Shown piece by piece: positions 35,627-47,400 of a stretch of 64,000 nt of DNA. This DNA comes from Yuukianura sp. NJ FZ-2021 (taxonomy: Eukaryota). Made by a program: the position numbers and the translations under genes. A model generated the notes under the pieces. That model saw only the letters and a program-made list of their open reading frames with translations, did not search any database and had not been told where the DNA came from. The stretch spans positions 8,618,001 through 8,682,000 of the forward strand of contig CM102286.1 of assembly GCA_046563655.1 (NCBI GenBank), given 5' to 3'. Within the stretch, counting starts at the first letter, position 1; every line of letters begins with the position of its first letter.

Positions 35627-38600
35627 TTTGTATCCTCTTCATTAGTTTGTGGAAATTGATACTGCTGAGAAATGAGAAATAACATACCATGCTCAACGTA
35701 TTACCGCCAACATCTCGACGCGCTGAAATGTGGCGCCAATTACGTTTTATAGCAATGGGAGTGCAAAGGAAGAACTAGATATCCTTCACTAATTTGTTAT
35801 GGCCGGGAAGCCAAGGGGTATGTATCCTCCTGGGTGAGAAGCCAATGGTCTGTATCCTCTTCATTAGTTGGTGGAAATTCATACTGCTAAGAAATGAGCA
35901 CTAACATACCAAGCTAAACGTATTACCGCCAACATTTCGACGCGCTGAAATGTGGCGCCAATTACGTTTTATAGCAATGGGAGTGCAAAGGAACAACTTG
36001 ATATCTTTCACTAATTTGTTATGGCCAGGAAGCCAAGGGGTATGTATCCTCCTGGATGAGAAGCCAATGGTCTGTATCCTCTTCATTAGTTGGTGGAAAT
36101 TCATACTGCTGAGAAATGAGCACTAACATACCATACTCAACGTATTACCGCCAACATTTCGACGCGCTGAAATGTGGCGCCAATTACGTTTTATAGCAAT
36201 GGGAGTGCAAAGGAACAACTTGGTATCTTTGACTATTTTGTTATGGCCGGGAAGCCAAGGGGAATGTATCCTCCTTGCCAAGCTTGTTTAACTCGAAATT
36301 GTGTATATTTCTTCTTATAAGGTTGTCAAAACTCCTGCTTTCTTGATTTTAAGTTTTTTGAATCACACGTCTTGCGCTACCATTACACGCTTCCGTTGCG
36401 TTAGCAATTCGATATCAAAACTAAAGATTCCTATAGCAAAGCGTAAGAAAAAGAAACAATATTTTTGGTCGGAAACAAAATTCGTCCAAAAGTTGCTTTT
36501 TCTTGCTTTTTTGAAAAGTCGGAGTTATGACAAAACCTCTTACGCCATTTTAGTATAAATGGTCGCTATAGCAATCTTACTCCTGGCTGAGAAGCCAATG
36601 GTCTGTATCCTCTTCATTAGTTTGTTGAAATTCATACTGCTAAGAAATGAGCACTAACATACCATGCTCAACGTATTACCGCCAACATCTCGACGCGCTG
36701 AAATGTGGCGCCAATTACGTTTTATAGCAATGGGAGTGCAAAGGAAGAACTTGATATCCTTCACTAATTTGTTATGGCCGGGAAGCCAAGGGGTATGTAT
36801 CCTCCTGGCTGAGAAGCCAATGGTCTGTATCCTCTTCATTAGTTGGTGGAAATTCATACTGCTGAGAAATGAGCACTAACATACCATACTCAACGTATTA
36901 CCGCCAACATTTCGACGCGCTGAAATGTGGCGCCAATTACGTTTTATAGCAATGGGAGTGCAAAGGAACAACTTGGTATCTTTGACTATTTTGTTATGGC
37001 CGGGAAGCCAAGGGGAATGTATCCTCCTTGCCAAGCTTGTTTAACTCGAAATTGTGTATATTTCTTCTTATAAGGTTGTCAAAACTCCTGCTTTCTTGAT
37101 TTTAAGTTTTTTGAATCACACGTCTTGCGCTACCATTACACGCTTCCGTTGCGTTAGCAATTCGATATCAAAACTAAAGATTCCTATAGCAAAGCGTAAG
37201 AAAAAGAAACAATATTTTTGGTCGGAAACAAAATTCGTCCAAAAGTTGCTTTTTCTTGCTTTTTTGAAAAGTCGGAGTTATGACAAAACCTCTTACGCCA
37301 TTTTAGTATAAATGGTCGCTATAGCAATCTTACTCCTGGCTGAGAAGCCAATGGTCTGTATCCTCTTCATTAGTTTGTTGAAATTCATACTGCTAAGAAA
37401 TGAGCACTAACATACCATGCTCAACGTATTACCGCCAACATCTCGACGCGCTGAAATGTGGCGCCAATTACGTTTTATAGCAATGGGAGTGCAAAGGAAG
37501 AACTTGATATCCTTCACTAATTTGTTATGGCCGGGAAGCCAAGGGGTATGTATCCTCCTGGCTGAGAAGCCAATGGTCTGTATCCTCTTCATTAGTTGGT
37601 GGAAATTCATACTGCTGAGAAATGAGCACTAACATACCATACTCAACGTATTACCGCCAACATTTCGACGCGCTGAAATGTGGCGCCAATTACGTTTTAT
37701 AGCAATGGGAGTGCAAAGGAACAACTTGGTATCTTTGACTATTTTGTTATGGCCGGGAAGCCAAGGGGAATGTATCCTCCTTGCCAAGCTTGTTTAACTC
37801 GAAATTGTGTATATTTCTTCTTATAAGGTTGTCAAAACTCCTGCTTTCTTGATTTTAAGTTTTTTGAATCACACGTCTTGCGCTACCATTACACGCTTCC
37901 GTTGCGTTAGCAATTCGAAATCCAAACTAAAGATTCCTATAGCAAAGCGTAAGAAAAAAAAACAATATTTTTGGTCAGAAACAAAATTCGTCCAAAGGTT
38001 GTTTTTTCTTGCTTTTTTGAAAAGTCGGAGTTACGGCAAAACCTCTCACGCCATTTTAGTATAAATGGTCGCTATAGCAATCTTACTCCTGGCTGAGAAG
38101 CCAATGGTCGGTATCCTCTTCATTAGTTTGTTGAAATTCATACTGCTAAGAAATGAGCACTAACATACCATGCTCAACGTATTACCGCCAACATCTCGAC
38201 GCGCTGAAATGTGGCGCCAATTACGTTTTATAGCAATGGGAGTGCAAAGGAAGAACTTGATATCCTTCACTAATTTGTTATGGCCGGGAAGCCAAGGGGT
38301 ATGTATCCTCCTGGCTGAGAAGCCAATGGTCTGTATCCTCTTCATTAGTTGGTGGAAATTCATACTGCTAAGAAATGAGCACTAACATACCAAGCTAAAC
38401 GTATTACCGCCAACATTTCGACGCGCTGAAATGTGGCGCCAATTACGTTTTATAGCAATGGGAGTGCAAAGGAACAACTTGATATCTTTCACTAATTTGT
38501 TATGGCCGGGAAGCCAAGGGGTATGTATCCTCCTGGCTGAGAAGCCAATGGTCTGTATCCTCTTCATTAGTTTGTGGAAATTCATACTGCTAAGAAATGA

Positions 38601-38770
38601 GCACTAACATACCATGCTCAACGTATTACCGCCAACATCTCGACGCGCTGAAATGTGGCGCCAATTGCGATTTATAGCAATGGGAGTGCAAAGGAACAAC
38701 TTGATATCTTTGACTAATTTGTTATTGCCGGGAGCCACAGGGGTATGTATGTATGGGGTCCTCCTGGCAA
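35627..38770. repeat. Satellite: about ten 222-bp monomers with a 753-bp higher-order repeat (2 x 222 + about 309 bp spacer, three copies)
   Basis: Identical spurious ORFs recur at 753-bp (36301/37054/37807) and 222-bp (38160/38382) spacing. Confidence 0.92.
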
Positions 38771-38929
38771 ATCCTGTACAAATTGTTTTTTACTTTCTCC
38801 TTAAATAGGTTTTCTTCTTAATACTTTAAACGAGCTGCAGGAATGTAATTGATAGGGCATTGGCCAAGATCAAAGAAACTGGTTGATTGATTGATTATAC
38901 GTTCTACATTTCTATTCCAAGCCGCACTA

Positions 38930-39570
38930 AGTTCTCAAAATCATTGCCTGGAACAATGTACACTGAAATCTACGTTAGATTAACGACACAGACACCGCTC
39001 TAGAAGCTGACTCTATGTGAAACAAATGTTCCGCCTTAAGTACTCGAATGCAAAGGGTCCTAAAAGCACAACAGACGAAGTTGTATCAATAGTCTTCCTC
39101 AGCATGTCGTAGACATGGGTCTGCAGAAGACTAGAATCGGCTTTTCAACAAATTGAAGTCCAGGTGCTGCTGTAACACACAAACTGGCTAATGATGCCCT
39201 ATAACGCGCTTGGTAAAGAGTTTAAACAATGGCCGGGAAACTTCCGACTTAAATTTGAAAGAACGAGACATGTTAGAGCTTGCTGCTCTTATACGTTGTA
39301 ACGTTATATACTAAGCCCCACTAAGTTTTCAAAATCATTGCCTTGAATAATTTACACTGAAATCTACGTTAGATTAACGACACAGACACCGCTCTAGAAG
39401 CTCGCTCTCAGTGAAAGAAACGCGACTGTCCCGGCTTAAGTACTCGAATGCAAAGGGTCCTAAAAGCACAACGGACGAAGTTGTATCAATAGTCTTCCTC
39501 AGCATGTCGTAGACATGCGTCTCCAGAAGACTAGAAGCGGCTTTTCAACAAATTGAAGTCCATGCGCTGC
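38930..39570 (+). mobile_element. Two tandem Helentron/HINE-type 3' ends (400-bp period)
   Basis: TAGTCTTC-CTCA-GCATGTC GTA GACATG-...-GAAGACTA nested hairpin at about 39090 and 39490; related internal pieces at 41653-41720 and 42635-42740. Confidence 0.65.
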
Positions 39571-41588
39571 TGTAACACCTAATTAATTTTAGATTGATTG
39601 CATCAATAAATTTGTCACACACATTTAATTGCGCACCCTGCGCGCGTATTTGATTATCGTCGTCACAGCTCATATACACCTCGCTGCGCAAGTCACTTAA
39701 TTTAGTTTCGAAACCCTCTAGTTTCTTACGCTCCATAGCCATCCTGGACTTGGACACAAGTGCTGGAGTAGTCGAGTACTCCTCAATTTTTTGCTGAAAA
39801 TATTTGAGATCAATGTTAAACCCCCTGATGGCTTTTACCATTTTAGTCTTCTGGAGACGCACGTCTACGACGTGCTGAAGAAGACTATTGATACGACTTT
39901 GTCCGTCCGTCTGTCCTGTTTTTTAGCAATCTTTCCACTGAAACATGAGCCCAATCCCGTTCGGGGGGTTATGTATGGCTTAAGTGTTTTTATTAGGTCT
40001 ACATTGTACTCAAAGTGGTATATTAACAACGTGAGAATGGCCGGTCACTTTTGCAGTGCTGCTTCTTAGGTCCTCAAAATGTTTGTATTATGTCTGCATT
40101 ACGCTCAAAATATTTTTTAACAACGAAGTTTTGATCTTGTCATTTTCTGACAGTTAGTTTAATTTCGTTGTTAAATTAAGCTTAGTTTGAGGGTAGCAAA
40201 TACGTGTTAAATCAGTAACACGTAAACAGTGCATGACAGGGTTCAAATTTGCCTTTGCAAGAAATTTTGATAATTTTGATTTTACACAAGTGATACTCGA
40301 CTCTATTACTTATGCACTTGATTTAACACATGGTGCAAGTATTTGAACCGATTTTGATTTTAAAGAAGTTATATTTGACCACTGATCCTCAATGTTCAAT
40401 TTTGTGCACACTTACACGTAGTTACACGTAGATGTGCATAAATGTCGAATTTCGCAGTTATTTTGACCATGGAAAATGAACGTTGTTATTTCAAAATATG
40501 TGCATACTGGAGAACCACTGCACATACTGCTTTTATAATGGTGATTACCTGCGAATAATTGTGCATTTACATGAACAGATTTAAGGCCATTCTGATTTTG
40601 TGCATACTTGAGAGCACTTTGATACAAAACGTTGTGCATCAAAAAATCTGAACAAAGTGAAATCTGAGCTAAATTTGCACAACATTTTTATGCAAACGGT
40701 TTTTTCACATTTTTGTGCAATTGTGCACAAAAAGGTCCCACATCTGCACTGAAAATTATGAGCGACGTTTCGTTGCATAAACCTCGTGAAAACGGTTTCT
40801 TAACGTTTTTCTTCAACGGATTTGCGGACAGCAGGTCTAAAAGCCGTATCAATTGCCAACTCCCTCCAGAAGACCAATGCTCAACCCTTGAGCATCGCCC
40901 TACCTTGTTTTGTAAGTTTTCAGACTCCACCAACGGCAATGACACGCTCAGCGAAGATTTGGAGCCAGTCGGCTTGACCTGACCTTGACCTTTTGCTGCA
41001 GCCACCTTACTCTCTTGTTCTTGGTCAGACATGGCCAAAGACGATTCTTTGGCTTTCTTCCTGGTCAACAGTTTGTCAACTTTGATTAATTTTACTCAAA
41101 ATGAGCCACACACGTTAAGTTAGCCAATGACTGTTGCCAGTAAACACAATGACATGACCCAAGATTCAAGATTACACAAAGTACACAATGACACAATTCA
41201 ATTTTAGACACAATGATTAATCATCACCACATTTGTTCAATTGACACTTTGAACTCACCTTGTCAACTGTTACGTTGTTGACTTTACCAATTATACCGCA
41301 TGCTTCATCCTCTGCTGATTGGTGGTTCGTTGTCTTGTCGACGCAACCAGGCTTTCGGCACCATGAAGTGATTTGGATGGAAAAGCGGATGTTGGATTTT
41401 TGTATTTTTATTATAAAACGTTAATACTTTCAATTCTTTACATTTAATTGATTATTTTTAATTAGAAATCGCAAAGTGCAGACCATGCTGCTTGAAATAC
41501 AGAATTGAAGTGAAGGTGGCAGTTCATCTGCTCATCTTCTTCGAAAACCACACTTTTTACACACTTAAAGATATACCTATATCTAACA
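39545..41588 (-). mobile_element. Truncated LTR element, probably BEL/Pao: 5' LTR (about 41588-41364), tRNA-Phe-like PBS, gag N-terminus split by a HINE
   Basis: TGTTAG...CTTCA then TGGTGCCGAAAGCCTGG; ORFs 40688-41068 and 39545-39862 rejoin in frame (ENLQKMVKAIRG) when the HINE is removed. Confidence 0.65.
39844..40909 (-). mobile_element. Helentron-associated non-autonomous element (HINE/DINE-1-like)
   Basis: 5' AACAAG, palindrome ATGCTCAAGGGTTGAGCAT, subTIR GTCTTCTGGAG; 3' GACGGACA microsatellite and nested hairpin; inserted in an A-run with no TSD. Confidence 0.8.
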
Positions 41589-42744
41589 CCTTTTCGACAA
41601 TTTGAATTTGGCGCTTCCCTGTTGAGAAGCGTCTCAAATGCCAGAACAAAAACAATGGCCGGGAAACTTCCGACTTAAATTTGACAGAACGTGACATGTT
41701 AGAGCTTGCTGCTCTTATGCGTTGGAACTTTATATACTAAAGCTTCCCGCTCACCAAACTTTCGGCCCGAATAAGTGGCGACCACGATTTGTCTGCGCCA
41801 CTTTGTCGTTTCAGAATCTGAGTACAGCACTCTGCCATGACTCAATCGACGGCGCGTCGGTGCCACATTTGGAGCCGAACTTTCTTCGTCTCCACTTTTT
41901 CTCTGCATACAGCACACTGCCAAACTGAAACGAAAAAGTAGCGCCGACGACGTTCGGCGGCCAACCTTCGTTTCACTTGGTGTGCTGTATGTCTCAATCC
42001 GTCTTCCATAAATTGCCGGCATTCTCAGAAATTCCAAAATAAGGTTTGTTTACAAACCTTATTACATATGCTGATTAGCAAAAGAGCATAGAGCTATGCT
42101 AATATAACGCTGCAGTTACAGCTCTAATTAAGTTATAGGATAATTAATTATTATAAAGATTTTGCGATCTTTGCATGTCTAGTGTTTTCTATAAGAGAGA
42201 TGAGCATTAATTACTATCATGATAATTGCTATGATGTACTGTTTTGAATGAAAGAAGAAATAGGTTTTACATTATTACCTCTCATTTGGTGTGCGGTATG
42301 CACAGAAAAAGTGGAGCCGCCAACTTTCGTCTCGGAAGTTTAAAAAGTTGAACTTTCCGAAACGACAAGATACTGGCCGCCGACATGGATTCTATCGGCA
42401 GTGGGCTGGGTGCGACGACAAAAGTGAGAAGGAAAAATTCTTTTCACTTTTGTCTGACGAAAGTTGTCGCGCGACGTGACTCCCGGTGTGCGGGTGTCAT
42501 GAGTCAAAGTGAGACGAAACTTTTCGTCTCACTTTCTGAGACGAAAGTTGTCTCACTTTTTGGGCAGTGTGCTGTACCAAAGCGAGACGAAAAAGTGGCG
42601 ACGACTGTCGGCGGCTGTTGTCTCACTTTGAGACAGACACCGCTCTAGAAGTTGGCTCTATGTGCGACTGTTCCGCCTTAAGTACAACAGTGCAAATGGT
42701 GCTCAAAGCACGAGAAACCGACGAAGTTGTATCAATAGTTTTAG

Positions 42745-43140
42745 TGAAAAGTGGGGGGAACACACCTTCACTCCCCCCTGAGAAAACCTAAGGCGAACAC
42801 ACCCCCACTCCCTCTGGGGGAGGGCGGGAAAGTGGGGGAACACACCTCCACTGCCCCTGGAGGCGGGAAAGTGGGGAAGACACCCTCACTCCATCTAGCG
42901 TGAGGGCGGGAAAGTGAGGGAACACACCTTCACTTCCTTTTGGGGAAAACCAGGGGGAACACACCCCCGCTCCCTCTAAGGGGAGGGCGGGAAAGTGAGG
43001 GAACACAGCCTCAGTTTCCCTTGCGGAAAAGTGGGGGAACACACCCCCACTCCCCCTGGAAGGCAGCAAAGTGGGATAAACACCCCCACTCCGCCTGTGG
43101 GCAGGCGGCAAAGCAGAGGAACGCCCACCCACTCCATCGA
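42745..43140. repeat. G/C-rich minisatellite (about 40-bp AAAGTGGGGGAACACACCCCCACTCC units)
   Basis: About nine diverged units, many self-complementary. Confidence 0.75.
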
Positions 43141-43307
43141 GAAGGGAGAGTGCTTCAGTATGTTTTAGAAAACTACCATGTTGCTTCCCTATTATCATTT
43201 TCATTACTTTACAACCGGTTTATTTCAAATTATTTTGGCCAAAATTAAATGTTGAGCGCCCTCCAAAATTAAACCTTGAAATATAATAGAGCTTTACAAT
43301 TCGAGTC

Positions 43308-43440
43308 AATTGCAAAGTTGCCAATTGCAGTGTTGCCAATTGCAATGTTGTCAATTGAATGGTGTCAATTGCAATGTTGTCAATTGCAATGTTGCCAATT
43401 GCAATGTTGCCAATTGCAATGCCAATTGCAATGTTGCCGT
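43308..43440. repeat. 15-bp tandem repeat AATTGCAATGTTGCC
   Basis: About eight copies seen directly. Confidence 0.85.
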
Positions 43441-44407
43441 AACCTGTCACTAATTACATTGTTGCCATAACCTGTCACTAATTGCGTGTCAAAAATCAAT
43501 TGGAAAAGGGGGGAAACACGCCTCTCAGCTGTCTCGTTTTCTTGAAATAAGTTTTTTCGTTTTCGGACTCTACATAAATGGTGTACTCATTCGGGCCAGT
43601 AAAATTAAAGATAATTTTGACAATAATAATTTTTGGTTAATTTTGCGTTGAATACTGTTCGGGAATTTGCTTCCTGTTTGGCAGACAGGAATTAGGCTAC
43701 TAAGTTTAGTCTACCTTTAACTCTAGAATGGCTCTGGAAGAGATGAGACTGAAAGTGAAAGGGTTAGATTTACTTTTAGTGCTATTTACATTTACTCTGA
43801 TCCACTTGTGTGGAGTGAGAAAGGGTTAAGCGTGAATCTGGTTCTGCATGCAATTTACTACTGTAAGGACCTGCGCAGTGAGATAGTACAGTAAGTGTAA
43901 TTTCCAAGTAACCGCTCTCTTCACATTGCTATAGTGTAAGTCGCCGCTCTTTGGTGTATCTTTACTAATAGCATAAGCAAGGAGGAGTGTTCCTCCACTA
44001 TATTCATTCATACAACAGTCTTCTTCTCATCTTCCTACTGTAAGGTTCTCTTTCAATGAGTCATCGAGTAGCCATCTTAGCTTTTCCTTACTTTCATCTT
44101 TTACCAATTACTAATTAGTCAAAATAAACACTAAATCAAATCCACTTGACGTCAGAGCGGTCATCGATTATTTAGAACCACAAACATCAAGCATTCTACA
44201 GTTCATGGTCCTTCGAGTCGAGCATTGCGGTTGTGGATGGTCGTCTATCGTCATTTTTGGGTTTGACTAGTAACTTCCATTACTAGTACGGTAATTGGTT
44301 GACATAAATTGGTCATTTAGGATATAACATTGGTAAATTCGAATCGGTTGTGTTGATTCGAACGGGTTAACTGTTTGCCGTGTCAGTTTTATTCCATTTT
44401 TGCAGCA

Positions 44408-47400
44408 ATGGCTTATTATATGAAGTACGTGTCAGTACGCACAGCCATTAAGGGAAAGTTGTCTCGGATCCTGTCTGAATTAAATGCGGATGGAACGCAG
44501 TACACAGTACCCCAGCTACAAGTAATGGTGGACACGATCAAGCAGCAGCAAACCAAACTGGATGAAGTCCAATTGATGTTATTTTCCTACGTCAAGGAGG
44601 ATGACGAAATCGCTATTCAGTTGGAGGCTGGAGCGGTTGTTGAAGACTTAATTATGGCTTGTAATTTGCTTTTAGGTCAGAAAATTGCTGATTTGAAAGC
44701 AATTGATTCTTCTAAAGCTGTGGCTCCTCAGGCCAGTGGAAGTGGAACTACCAATCGTTTGGAGAACTGCGCCAAGTTGCCAAAATTGGAGTTGCCGACT
44801 TTTAATGGATCAATTGACCAGTGGATTGGCTTTCGTGACAGATTCACTGCAGTCATCAAAAATAACGATTCGCTCTCGCCGTGTGACAAACTCCAGTATC
44901 TCAAGTCCTGTCTGAAGGGTGAGGCTGGAAAATTAATCAATCATTTTACCATTTCAGATTTAAATTTCGATCCAGCATGGGAAGTGTTGCTGGCCCGTTA
45001 CAACAATGAAAGAGAAATCGTGTTCTCTTTAATTCAAAAATTCTTTGGAGTTCCAAAAGTAAGTGGAGGTAGTAACCTCGCACAGCGCCTGCGCGAAACT
45101 GTCGATTCTTTTTTGCAGATTCGTAAATTACTGCAGGCTATGGGACGCAAAGTCGAGGATTGGGATGATCTGATGGTCGTGCTTTTAGTTGAGAAGTTGG
45201 ACTCTGACACCACGTGAGGAGTGGGCAAAGTCACTTTCTGGAACCAAGATGCCGACGTTTGCTGATCTGGACAAATTCCTCGCTAATTATATTCCCAGTT
45301 TGTTTGCCTTTACTTGCAGTGAGAAAGTGAAGGAGAAACCTCAGACTCAGACGCAGGGAGAAACTAAAAATTCTCATTTGGCCAAAACGAAAGAGTCAAG
45401 CTGCCAACTATGTACTGATTCACATCCATTGTTCAGATGTCCGAAATTCGCAGGCCAAAAGCAGGAGGAGAAGCTGTCATTCCTCAGAAAGAACAACATT
45501 TGTTTCAACTGCTTATCCAGAGGTCACTGGACTGAGAAGTGCCGCTGGAAAGGGTCGTGCCGTAAGTGTGGTGAGAAACATAACACTTTAATTCACAGGG
45601 ATGATGATTAGGAGGGAAAGAGACAGGAATCAAAGACTGTCCAACAACCTAAGGTCGCTCAGCCCAGTCAGTCAAAATCGGTATCTGCCAATTTTGTAAG
45701 TGGAGTTGGTGTACTTCTGTCCACCGCAATGGTTGACATTGAGGACTCGTGTGGATCAAACCAACGTTGCCGTGTCTTCCTTGACAGTGGATCGGAAGCA
45801 TCATTCATCACTGAAAAATGTGTAAGTAAATTGGGACTTCAAAGACGTAAGTGTAACGTGGAAATTAATGGTGTTGGTGCCAATGGTGTAGCCAAAGCCA
45901 AAGGAAATGTTGAGTTTCGCCTAAAGTCATGTACTAATCAATTTGAGATCGATGTATGTGCTTTGATTTTACCAAAAGTTACAGGAAACTTGCCTTCTTT
46001 CACTGTGGGCTCAGAGTGGAAGTCATGGGATCATCTCGTTGGAGTGACCTTGGCTGACCCCAGATTTTACGAGCCACGAGAAATTGATGTACTGTTGGGT
46101 GCTGACGTTGTGGAGCATATTTTTCTGGACCGACGGATGACAGGAAGTCGTTTTGAGCCCGTGGCCCGCTTTAGTCACCTCGGTTGGATTCTCTCTGGTC
46201 CCGTGTCCAGTTCAGATGGAAGGGATAATGTGATGTCGTCCACTGTCAGTATCAAAGTACACTCCGCGTCCGTGGATTGCGAAGATGTTTTGCAACGATT
46301 CTGGGAACTGGAGAATGTTCCGAATCATCCCAATTGGACTCGGGAGGAGAAAGAGGCAGAAAACCACTTCGTAAATCATGTCCGTAGGGACAACGGAAGG
46401 TACGTTGTGGACATTCCGTTCAAATCTAACATTTCAGGTCTTGGAAAGTCGAGGGACATTGCTCTCAACCGTTTTTTCTCAATGGAGAGAAAGTTGGCCA
46501 AAGACCAGGAGCTCAAGGCTCAGTACGTGGACTTCATGAACGATTATCTGGCTCGAGGTCACATGGAATTAGTTCCAAAAGCAGAAGTTGGTGAGAAGGT
46601 TGGTGTGACTCACTATTTACCTCATCATTCTGTCCTGAAAGAGGATAGTCTGACAACGAAATTGAGAGTTGTCTTTGACGGGTCATGTAAGTCAACCACT
46701 AATTTGTCTTTAAACCAATGTATGCTGGTCGGACCCGTGGTACAGCCAGATCTTTTTACTCATTTGTTGAGATTTAGGTTGAAAAATGTTGCCTTAAAGT
46801 CTGACATCCAAAAGATGTACAGACAGTTTTTAGTCTCCCCTGCAGATTGTGACCGACAGAGGATCTTTTGGAGAGAGACTCGAAATCAACCAATTCTAGA
46901 GTACAGGCTGAAAACGATTACCTACGGGACAGCTTCGGCTCCATTTCTGGCCACCAGACTGTTAAATCAAATAGCAGACGATGGGAGCGAGCAATTTCCA
47001 AAGGCAGCTGAGACTCTAAAGAAGAATTTTTACGTTGATGACCTACTCGCCAGTTTCGATTCGGTTTCTGAAGCGATTGAGGTAAGACAACAGTTGGAAT
47101 CTGTTTTGTCTAGTGCTGGTCTTGTCCTATGTAAGTGGGACTCAAATGTGTCTGAAATTGTGTGTAATTCTGTGGAAAAGTCTAATCTCATTAATTTGAC
47201 CAAAAGTGACGTGTCAAAAGCGTTAGGAGTCCAGTGGGATTCCGTAGTCGATTGTTTCTCTTTTCCAGATTACAGATGTATCCAGAAGTCATTTACAAAG
47301 AGAGATCTCCTAAAGGAAATAGCGAGAGTCTTTGACCCACTTGGTTTCCTTTCTCCATTTACGGTTCGTGGGAAATTGATTTTTCAGAGTCTCTGGGCCC

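Noticed and set aside
35627..38770. Repeat-spacer pattern resembling CRISPR, and recurring 67-85 aa ORFs
   Set aside because: Units are 222 bp and spacers are near-identical; no cas genes; eukaryotic context; the ORFs do not stay open across units
39545..39862. Shared N-terminus MRLQKTKM with the ATPase ORF, suggesting a common leader peptide
   Set aside because: Both are translations of the same HINE 3' end from a GTG
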